NCBI GenBank assembly: GCA_002269645.1 | Contig: NIVC01000578.1 | Location: forward strand, 76,549 to 140,548 | DNA from: Macrostomum lignano | Taxonomy: Eukaryota | DNA: 64,000 nt | Direction: 5' to 3' | Shown: positions 12,534-23,245 of the stretch, in pieces | Numbering within the stretch: position 1 is the stretch's first letter | How the letters are laid out: each line of letters opens with the position of its first letter | Made by a program: the position numbers and the translations under genes | The notes under the pieces: generated by a model | Database searches by the model: none | Seen by the model: only the letters and a program-made list of their open reading frames with translations | What the model was told of the DNA's origin: nothing

Positions 12534-13865
12534 CGAGGGGTGCGCAAAAAGTTTCGGCAACTGGGTTCCCAATTGCAGATAAATTGTTAGTAAATCTTAA
12601 AACGTTATCAAAGTCCTTCAATGTAATCTCCGCCACGTTCTATGCATTTCTGGTGACGGCGGATCCATGCCTCGAAGGCAGCGCAGTACTCTGAAGCTGG
12701 CATGGTGTTCAGCTCTAAATTAATGTGGCGAGCCAGGTCTTGGGGCTGCTGAAAATGGCATCCAGCCATGCGTTCGGTCAGCTTCGGGAATGCCCAGAAG
12801 TCGCAGGGTGCCAAATCAGGACTGTACGGAGGGTGCGGTATCACTTTGAGCTTGTTATTGGCCAAAAAGCTTGTTGTCATGGCCGCAGTGTGGCTGGAGG
12901 CATTGTTGTGGTGCAAGTGAATTCTGCCACTTTGGAGGTGGGTTGGCTGCTTTTCCATGACTGAAGCCACGACTTTAGACAAAACCTCGCCAGTATAGAA
13001 CGTGGCATTGACGTTCTGTCCATTTGGCACCATAACAACTGTCTCTGGCCCATTGATGCTGAAAAAGACGATGAACATCTGCTTCCTTGAGCAAAACCCT
13101 GGGCGCAGAACAGTTGGACGGTCTTCATCGGAACCAATCCAAACCTTGTTTTGGTTTTTGTGAGGCACTTGGAAGTAGTAAAACCACTTCTCATCACCAG
13201 TCACAACATCAGTAAGTTGTTTAGTGCCACCTTTGCCAAAGCATCACAGAAATTCTTGGCTGCATCGAACCCTCTCCTGCTTCTGCTCTGCTGTCAGTGC
13301 ATGAGGTACCCAATGGGCCGTGACCTTGCGGAGGCCAAGATGGTCATGCAAGATGGTTTGGACACTGCCATCAGAAATGCCAATTGTTTGGCTAAGTAGT
13401 GCAACAGTGATATTGCGATCTTCGTCCACTAGCTGTCACATAGCAACAATGTTCTGCTCGGTCACAGATGTCATTGGCCTCCCAGAACGAGGGCTGTCGG
13501 TCATGGAGCATCAACCAGCACTGACCAATTCAATCCAATGGGCGACAGTGCGGTACAAAAGGGGCTTGATCTGCTACAACTTGGACTAGCTCGGCATGAA
13601 TTTTGGTGGCGTTTTCTCCGAGCTGCAATCGCATGAAAACATAAAATCTCCACTGATCAGCAGTGATATTTTCCATTTGAAGGCTGAAAACGAGACTGTA
13701 TGTTAATCAAAATGCTCTAGGAAGCGAAAAAATCAATGCAATAAGCTGAAAATTTATGAACAAACGCAAAATATGGTCATATTTATGAGATTAAAAAATG
13801 GCTACGTTTAAACTTTTATTTAAAAAGTTATGAGCCAGTTGCTAAGACTTTTTGCGCACCCCTTG
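12534..13865 (-). mobile_element. Full-length (1332 bp) pseudogenised mariner
   Basis: TA TSD, ~31-bp TIR cgaggggtgcgcaaaaagtttcggcaactgg. Motifs RSGRP, WVPHAL, TGDEKW, HHNNA (second catalytic D changed to N), HPPYSPDLAPCDF. In-frame TGA stops (probably from CGA) and one 5' frameshift. Confidence 0.92.
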
Positions 13866-14938
13866 TATGAAGCCAGCTATAAATATTATTGTTAGTGCCA
13901 TTGTGCTATGCATATAATTCTCAATCCTTTAGTCTATTCACTAGACTTCCCCCTAGTCTATCTAATAGACACCCCCTTAAAATATTAGTATAATATATAA
14001 TGTATGTATGATCTGCATCCATAGAACAATAGAACATAGTGGGGACTATATATTAGAGGTAGGCCTATGATTTTGATTCTGAATCTATAATTTCTAGATT
14101 TTTAATTCCTAACATCCTAAAAAATCCTAGGATTATTAGGATCCCAATCTTATCCAATCCTAAAATATTTGACATTGTCTCATCTATATATTAATTCATA
14201 GATAAATATTCTAATCTCATTCTTATATTTTCAAAAAATGATCAATCTAACCTCTATAAGATATTGTCCTATCCCTAGCTAAGGAATGCAAAATTAATTA
14301 TATAAGCTGTTGATCTGCCTTGAAGTATAGCAAACATAATTTGTATTATAATTATCTAAAGAACAACATCTTTGTAGTTTATTTTAATAAGAAATACCTT
14401 TCAGTTAAAAAGAAATATCTTATCTTTTATCCCTATTAATTTAGAGCTATTTTAAGTGGTCTCTTCTATGATATAGTGTTTACATTGACATAAAATCTAA
14501 TTTTAGATTATCACAAGATTTAAATCATGGCATATTTTATTAATGTGTTAAATATCATTAAATGACATAAAATATGCTTTAAAACTCAAACTATAAATTT
14601 ACATAGTGTTACTATTATTGGCATTTTAAATTTCAGACCCTGATGCCAATGACATTATAATTTAATGGCAATCTATAAAGGGGATATGATTTATGAATTT
14701 CAGTCATAGCCAAAAAAAATCTAGTTAAAGGTGCACTAAGGACAAATACACCACCTTTAAAATGCATGAGCAAAAATGCAAACCTGACAACCAAATAGTA
14801 AAGTCTCAAAACTGTAATTATAGTGAATGCAAATATCAAGCAATACAATCTGTAAAGTCAAACATTTTGTCATTTGTCATTTCATGTAAATCACTGAGCC
14901 TGCTTCAGAAAATACAAAATTATTTACCATCAGTGGAG

Positions 14939-17900
14939 ATGCTAATTGTAAGTGCTATTCCATATTTACATATAATTTTCAATATTGCCATTGTGAACCT
15001 GCTTTGCACCAGAAATCTCAAACAAAAGCATATTGAGCTACTTATAGTAGTTCCATTAAGTTGAGCCAGCCCTAGCCTAGACTCCAATTCTCCAAAAACT
15101 GGCATTGCAATTCGCAGAAAAACCTCAGCCCGAATCCGGCCAACCCAGTCTACCTGGTGGAGTTCTGCAGCACCCGCCTGCTGCTGGACTGCCCGCTGGA
15201 CTTTGGCCCCCTGCTGCGCTGCTGCCCCCGGCATCCGCTGCTTGTCGGCGAGGCGTCGCATCAGCCAGCCGCCGAGGCGGAGGGCAAGGCGTGGCCAGGG
15301 GATTCCGCCAGGCCCGACGGTCTGGTGAGTTTGTGGAGCTTTGACTGTCAGGGTTAAATGCAGCTATAAAGCTGATGGTTTCCTTAATGGTACAAATGCT
15401 ATGCAAGTATTTAGCTTTTTTGTCGGAACATCGTGGGCGCCAGTTGGTAACCAGAGTAAGCGGTGGCGATAAAAATGTAGCGGTAGTAGTAGTAGTAGTG
15501 GTAGTAGCAGCAGCAGTAGTAGCAGTAGTAGCAGTAGTAGTAGTAGTAGTGGTAGTAGTAGTATTATTAGTGGTAGTAGTTTTAGTAGCAGTAGTAGTAG
15601 TAGCAGTAGTAGTAGTAGCAGTAGTAGTAGTAGTAGTAGCAGTAGTAGTAGCAGTAGTAGTAGTAGTATTATTATTATTAGTAGTAGTAGTAGTTGTAGT
15701 AGCAGTAGTAGTAGTAGCAGTAGCAGTAGTAGTAGTAGCAGTAGTAGTTAGTAGTAGCAGTAGTAGTAGTAGTAGCAGTAGTAGCAGTAGTAGAAGTAGT
15801 ATTAGTGGTAGTAGTAGTATTATTAGTGGTAGTAGTAGTTGTAGTAGTGGTATAATGTATCACTTATTTATGATATAATCTAGCTCAGGTCTCTCTAATA
15901 CTTTATCCGTAATTAATTGTCCCCTTCAATTTTAACTCCAAGTCCCACCTGCGGCTTTGTTACAGCCATTCAAAACCGTGGAAGGCGTGGAGCTCCTCGA
16001 CGCACCACCCTGCGTGTCGATGCCCTTCAGCACCAAGGTGAGTCCAACTGAGGCCATTATGCATGGCCTCTGCTTCTGTGTCGATCGCACTTTTACAAGC
16101 TAGTAGAATTTGTGCCAAACCCTTGCAGCACTGCCCGGTGGTGTGGAGCACCGTTGACGCCGTGCTCATTTCCAGCTACCACGCCATCCTGGGCATCCCC
16201 TACCTGACCGGCTGCACCGATTTTGCTGGCAGAATTTTTGCCACCGAGCCGTCTATCGAGTTTGGCAGGTGATTTTGCTTCTGCTGTCAATTAGTGACCC
16301 GTGTCTGAGGTGTTCTCAAGGCTGCACTTTGTTATTGCTCTGCTTGTTAACTTGTTTTTATAGGCAGATTCTGGAGGATTTGGCCAACTCGGTGGACCAG
16401 CTGCCTCACTGCGGCAAATTGGAGGACGTGGTGAAGCGACTTAGGTAGGCTATGAGCATATTTCTAATCGTATATGAGGCTTTCGAGCAATTGGCATTTT
16501 AACTGACTGCCAGTGAGATGGTATACCGACAGGCAGATATTGACATGGCTTGGCTACTGATACGGCTGACAGACATGTTGGCAGCTACTGACAAAGGAAC
16601 TGAGAGCTTACTGTAACTGTCAGAACCCATCTGACACAGAATAGTATCTGTCAGAAGCCATCTGACACAGAAGAGTATCTGTCAGAACCCATCTAACACA
16701 GAATAGTATCTGTCAGAACCCATCTGACACAGAAGAGTATCTGTCAGAACCCATCTGACACAGAATAGTATCTGTCAGAACCCATCTGACACAGAATAGT
16801 ATCTGTCAGAACCCATCTGACACAGAAGAGTATCTGTCAGAACCCATCTGACACAGAAGAGTATCTGTCAGAACCCATCTGACACAGAAGAGTATCTGTC
16901 AGAACCCATCTGACACAGAAGAGTATCTGTCAGAACCCATCTGACACAGAAGAGTATCTGTCAGAACCCATCTGACACAGAAGAGTATCTGTCAGAACCC
17001 ACCTGACACAGAAGAGTATCTGTCAGAAACTATCTGCCACAGAAGAGTATCTGTTAGAACCCATCTGACACAGAGGAGTATCTGTCAGAACCCATCTGAC
17101 ACAGAATAGTATCTGTCAGAACCCATCTGACACAGAAGAGTATCTGTCAGAACCCATCTGACACAGAAGAGTATCTGTCAGAACCCATCTGACACAGAAG
17201 AGTATCTGTCAGAACCCATCTGACACAGAAGAGTATCTGTCAGAACCCATCTGACACAGAAGAGTATCTGTCAGAACCCATCTGACACAGAAGAGTATCT
17301 GTCAGAACCCACCTGACACAGAAGAGTATCTGTCAGAAACTATCTGCCACAGAAGAGTATCTGTTAGAACCCATCTGACACAGAGGAGTATCTGTCAGAA
17401 CCCATCTGACACAGAAGAGTATCTGTCAGAACCCATCTGACACAGAAGAGTATCTGTCAGAACCCATCTGACGCAGAAGAGTATCTGTCAGAACCCATCT
17501 GACACAGAAGAGTATCTGTCAGAACCCATCTGACACAGAAGAGTATCTGTCAGAACCCACCTGACACAGAAGAGTATCTGTCAGAAACTATCTGCCACAG
17601 AAGAGTATCTGTTAGAACCCATCTGACACAGAAGAGTATCTGTCAGAACCCATCTGACACAGAAGAGTATCTGTCAGAACCCATCTGACACAGAGGAGTA
17701 TCTGTCAGAACCCATCTGACACAGAAGAGTATCTGTCAGAACCCATCTGACACAGAAGAGTATCTGTCAGAACCCATCTGACACAGAAGAGTATCTATCA
17801 GAACGCATCTGACACAGAAGAGTATCTATCAGAACCCATCTGACACAGAAGAGTATCTGTCAGAAACTATCTGCCACAGAAGAGTATCTGTTAGAACCCA

Positions 17901-20900
17901 TCTGACACAGAAGAGTATCTGTCAGAACCCATCTGACACAGAAGAGTATCTGTCAGAACCCATCTGACACAGAGGAGTATCTGTCAGAACCCATCTGACA
18001 CAGAAGAGTATCTGTCAGAACCCATCTGACACAGAAGAGTATCTGTCAGAACCCATCTGACACAGAAGAGTATCTATCAGAACGCATCTGACACAGAAGA
18101 GTATCTATCAGAACCCATCTGACACAGAATAGTATCTGTCAGAACCCATCTGACACAGAAGAGTATCTGTCAGAACCCATCGCCCCATCCTCCCTAGAGA
18201 GGCGGGCCACCCGCTGGCGGACCAGGCCGAGAACTGGATGCCGGTGTTCACGGCAGCTCAGGTGCAGTCAGCATTCGACAGCGTCCAGCGAGTATCGTTC
18301 AACCAGCGAGTCCAGCTGCTCAACGACCTGCTGCTCACCCCAGTCAGCTCGGGCTTCTGCATCGGCGGCTGCAACTGGCTGATCGAGAGCGACTTCCACA
18401 GAATGGCCTACATGTCCGCCTCTTCGCAGTGGACCTGCCACCCCCTGCCCATGAGCTGGCAGGCTCTGGTCGGCTGCGACCTGCTGCTGTTTAACGGGGC
18501 CTGCCTGCTGCCGGGCCAGACTCCCGACCGATCAGTGGAGGACATCTGCTCAGCTCTAGTGACCGTGCTCAGCCAGGTGAGTCCTGCTTTTGGCTGTGTT
18601 GCTGAAATTGGCTGCTCATGACTGATTGGGGCTGCTCATTGACTGATTGGGGCTGCTCATGAATGATTGGGGCTGCCATGACTGATTGGGGCTGCTCATG
18701 ACTGATTGGGGCTGCTCATGACTGATTGGGGCTGCTCATGACTGATTGGGGCTGCTCATGACTGATTGGGGCTGCTCATGACTGATTGGGGCTGCTCATG
18801 ACTGATTGGGGCTGCTCATGACTGATTGGGGCTGCTCATGACTGATTGGGGCTGCTCATGACTGATTGGGGCTGCTCATGACTGATTGGGGCTGCTCATG
18901 ACTGATTGGGGCTGCTCATGACTGATTGGGGCTGCTCATGACTGATTGGGGCTGCTCATGACTGATTGGGGCTGGAACTGACTGCTCATGATGCTTAGGC
19001 CCCTCACCCTAAATACTAACTGTCGCATCCCCATCCCGCTCGCGTCGGCACTGCAGGGCGGCAGCGCTCTGTTTCCCTGCCGGCCGTGCGGCGTGCTGTT
19101 CGACCTGCTGGAGTCCATCTCCAACCACCTGGACGCCAAGGGCATGCGCCGCTACCCCATGTACCTGGTCTCTGCCCGGGCCAAGAACAGCCTCAGCTTT
19201 GCGGACATCTGCGGCGAGTGGCTGTCAGCTGAGCGGCAGAAGCGGCTGTACACGGCTGATGTGCCGTTCGGGCACGCCGAAGTGAGACCCGCTTAGGGGC
19301 TGGCTTCTCTTATGCTGCCTAATTAGGTCTATCTCTCCCAGTCTCCTCTCTTCCCCATCCCTTCCAATCTTATATTTTCCCATGCCTTCCAGTCCCCTCT
19401 CTTCCCCATCTCCTCCAGTCCCCTCTCTTCCCCATCTCCTCCAGTCTCCTCTCTTCCCCATCTCTTCCCATCTTTCAGTTCCCCTTTCACCTTATCTATC
19501 AAAATTTTTGCCCTCTACATCACCCAGTAAGTCTCTATGGACCTTAATAACTTATTCTCTACTCTCCTTCCCAGTCTCTAATGTTTTCCCATCCCTCTTG
19601 TTTTTACTTTATGTCTGCCTCGCGACTCACGCCTTTGCCCCACCTCCCCCCTCACCCCAGATGCTTCAGCAGAACCAGCTCCAGCAGTTTTCCAGCCTGG
19701 GCAGCGACTTCGGCCGGCAGTGCAGCCAGCCCTGCATCGTGTTCGCCACCGACCCCTGCCTGCGCCTTGGCGAGGCCGTTCACCTGGCCGCCGCCTGGGG
19801 CCGCGACCGGGCCAACGCCCTGTTCCTCACCGATCCGCAGTTCGCCGACGTGCAGACCCTGGCGCCGTTCCAGCCGCTGGCGATGCCCGTGAGGATTCCC
19901 TGACTACAGCTGCTTAATGTACAGTGTGTGCCCTCTGCCCCGCACTGTGCACTGCGAACTATCACTTATCCCCAGTTTTATCGCAGTTTTATGTCAGGGC
20001 CCGAGTGCCGAAAAATACCCTGGCTTACACTGTATATCCTCAGGTGTCAGGGTCCCAGTGTCCCAATGCCCTGGCTTATACCCTCAGATTTCGGGGTCCC
20101 AGTGCCCCAATGCCCTGGCTTATACCCTCAGATTTCGGGGTCCCAGTGCCCCAATGCCCTGGCTTATATCCTCAGATGTCAGGGTCCCAGTGCCCCAATG
20201 CCCTGGCTTATATCCTCAGATGTCAGGGTCCCAGTGCCCGAATGCCCTGGCTTATATCCTCAGATGTCAGGCCCCAGTGCCCCAATACCCTGGCTTATAT
20301 CCTCAGATGTCAGGGTCCCAGTGCCCGAATGCCCTGGCTTATATCCTCAGATGTCAGGGTCCTAGTGCCCGAATGCCCTGGCTTATATCCTCAGATGTCA
20401 GGCCCCAGTGCCCGAATGCCCTGGCTTATATCCTCAGATGTCAGGGTCCTAGTGCCCGAATGCCCTGGCTTATATCCTCAGATGTCAGGCCCCAGTGCCC
20501 CAATACCCTGGCTTATATCCTCAGATGTCAGGGTCCCAGTGCCCCAATGCCCTGGCTTATATCCTCAGATGTCAGGGTCCCAGTGCCCGAATGCCCTGGC
20601 TTATATCCTCAGATTTCAGGGTCCCAGTGCCCCAATACCCTGGCTTATATCCTCAGATGTCAGGGTCCCAGTGCCCGAATGCCCTGGCTTATATCCTCAG
20701 ATTTCAGGGTCCCAGTGCCTCAATGCCCTGGCTTATACCCTCAGATTTCAGGGTCCCAGTGCCTCAATGCCCTGGCTTATACCCTCAGATGTCAGGGTCC
20801 CAGTGCCTCAATGCCCTGGCTTATACCCTCAGATGTCAGGGTCCCAGTGCCTCAATGCCCTGGCTTATACCCTCAGATGTCAGGGTCCCAGTGCCCCAAT

Positions 20901-22232
20901 GCCCTGGCTTATACCCTCAGATTTCAGGGTCGCTAATTAGGAAGCTAATGCATCGCTAATTAGGAAGCTCCCTGTGCCCCTGACTTATATCCTCAGACGT
21001 TCACAGACCCTGGAGGTCATGCATCGCACAGAAATCCCCGGGGTCAATTTTCGGACACGAGGCTAAGCCCCAAATTCAGGATCGTGTACTGGCCGTTTTG
21101 AACTGCAGGTTCACCGCTTCACTATGGACATGCGGATGCAGCCGTCTCAGGCTGCTGATGTGCTCAGCCTGCTCAGGTGCGGTCGCCTGGTGATGCCGGA
21201 GGCCTATCGCCGCCTCGACTGCCATGGCGGCTGTCCCGTGAGCTACTCGCAGTACCTGTCAGTCATGCAGTTCCCTCTGGATTCGTCCGACCAGCTGCTG
21301 GAGCTGAGCCCCGCTCTGGCCAGGACTGTCCGGCCTGTCCGAGTCGGAGACAGACAGCTCGCACTGCTGGTATGTTGATACTGACTGTGACACTGGTTGT
21401 AGCACTGGTTGTGGCACTGGTTGTGGCACTGGTTTTGGTACTGGTTTTGGCACTGGTTGTGGCACTAGTTGTGGCACTGGTTGTGGCACTGGTTGTGGCA
21501 CTGGTTGTGGCACTGGTTTTGGCACTGGTTGTGGCACTGACTGTGGCACTGGTTGTGGCACTGGTTGTGGCACTGACTGTGGCACTAATTGTGGCACTGG
21601 TTTTGGCACTGGTTGTGGCACTGGTTGTGGCACTGGTTGTGGCACTAGTTGTGGCACTGACTGTGGCACTGGTTGTGGCACTGGTTTTGGCACTGGTTTT
21701 GGCACTGGTTTTGGCACTGACTGTGGCACTGGTTGTGGCACTGGTTGTTGCACAGTGTTGCACTGTGGTCCATTAACTGTGGTACTTATTGTGGCACTGG
21801 TTGTGGCGCTAATTGTAACTTTCCTCCTGCTGCTAGGAGGGCGAGGTGACGATGGGTCGCAGCGGTCGGCGCCGTCTGGAGCCGCTCTCCGAGGCGGCCA
21901 AGTCGTCCGGCTCCACCGGCGGGGCTGTCGGCTTCGGCAGCGGCAGCGAGCTGAAGCCCCTGCTGGCCGCGGTGGAGAGCTCCCAGACGGCCAAGCCGCT
22001 GCTGACTGGCCAGCTGCGGCCGGAGGAGCTGGTGCGCCAGCTGCGCGCCAGGAACTTCCCCGGCGCCAAGCACGAGCTGGCGGAGGACGGCTCCTGGAGC
22101 ATCTTCCTGGAGGTCGGGCACCAGGAGGCGCTGATCACGGGGTCGGCCGGGGCCACGCATGTCTACTGCGACGACGAGAAAATCCGGCTGGTTGTGCGCG
22201 AGTCGCTGCTGGCCTGTCTGGTGCTGGTTTGA
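14939..22232 (+). CDS. INTS9: Integrator complex subunit 9
   Basis: Exons 15118-15324, 15966-16037, 16129-16268, 16364-16444, 18198-18576, 19057-19281, 19661-19888, 21109-21369, 21837-22232 with consistent phases. Motifs LLLDC, VDAVLISSYH, RIFATEP, SSGFCIGGCNW, GGSALFPC.P.GVLFDLLE, FADICGEWL, FQPLAM, KPLLTGQL. Candidate 9-nt first coding exon ATG CTA ATT|gtaagt at 14939-14947 is less certain. Confidence 0.9.
15477..15850. repeat. (GTA/GCA)n microsatellite in an IntS9 intron
   Basis: Interrupted gtagtagtagca tract. Confidence 0.95.
16617..18180. repeat. 31-bp minisatellite (~50 copies) in an IntS9 intron
   Basis: Unit cagaacccatctgacacagaagagtatctgt; ends ~17 nt before the acceptor at 18197. 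Confidence 0.95.
18611..18988. repeat. 20-bp minisatellite in an IntS9 intron
   Basis: Unit atgactgattggggctgctc, ~18 near-identical copies. Confidence 0.95.
20020..20931 (+). repeat. 43-44-bp minisatellite, family A, in an IntS9 intron
   Basis: Unit cagggtcccagtgccccaatgccctggcttatatcctcagatgt, ~20 copies. Confidence 0.95.
21380..21810. repeat. 12-bp minisatellite in the last IntS9 intron
   Basis: Unit actggttgtggc. Confidence 0.9.
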
Positions 22233-22371
22233 CACTACTGATAGTAGCTTGAATTTGGCGGCGCTAGAAATTAAACAAGTGCATTTGTTAATTTGAAATA
22301 TATTTGTCAGATATGTATTACTGATATGCATTATTGTTTCTTATTTATTGCTTGTAAAGGCAATTATATGT

Positions 22372-23188
22372 TGTCATTAGTGGAAATAGATAAATAAGAC
22401 AGCCACATTGTGCAGTCATCAGTGTACATAGATAGATAAGACAGCGGCATTGTGCAGTCATCAGTGTACATAGATAGAAAAAGACAGCGGCACTGTGCAG
22501 TCATCAGTGTACATAGATAGATAAGACAGCGGCATTGTGCAGTCATCAGTGTACATAGATAGAAAAGACAGCGGCACTGTGCAGTCATCAGTGTACATAG
22601 ATAGATAAGACAGCGGCATTGTGCAGTCATCAGTGTACATAGATAGATAAGACAGCGGCACTGTGCAGTCATCAGTGTACATAGATAGATAAGACAGCGG
22701 CACTGTGCAGTCATCAGTGTACATAGATAGATAAGACAGCGGCATTGTGCAGTCATCAGTGTACATAGATAGATAAGACAGCGGCATTGTGCAGTCATCA
22801 GTGTACATAGATAGAAAAGACAGCGGCACTGTGCAGTCATCAGTGTACATAGATAGAAAAGACAGCGGCACTGTGCAGTCATCAGTGTACATAGATAGAA
22901 AAGACAGCGGCACTGTGCAGTCATCGGTGTACATAGATAGATAAGACAGCGGCACTGTGCAGTCATCAGTGTACATAGATAAATAAGACAGCGGCACTGT
23001 GCAGTCATCAGTGTACATAGATAGAAAAGACAGCGGCACTGTGCAGTCATCAGTGTACATAGATAGAAAAGACAGCGGCACTGTGCAGTCATCAGTGTAC
23101 ATAGATAGATAAGACAGCGGCACTGTGCAGTCATCAGTGTACATAGATAGATAAGACAGCGGCACTGTGCAGTCATCAGTGTACATAC
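22372..23188. repeat. 42-bp minisatellite filling the IntS9-SNX4 gap
   Basis: Unit gtgcagtcatcagtgtacatagatagataagacagcggcact, ~19 copies. Confidence 0.95.
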
Positions 23189-23245
23189 AGGTCTATAGTT
23201 GGGTCAGCATTAATTTTACAAGCCTGGAACTTCCGCAACCGCAGC

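Noticed and set aside
16617-18180. CRISPR-like regular repeats (also the 29-, 33- and 37-bp arrays)
   Set aside because: Head-to-tail units with no unique spacers, no cas genes, eukaryotic intronic context.
19917-20959. Long ORFs (338-339 aa) with periodic Cys/Pro; likewise ORFs at 21177-21776, 22364-23186, 24876-25740, 58282-58911 and 59370-60632
   Set aside because: Translations of stop-free tandem arrays inside introns or gaps; open in several frames on both strands.
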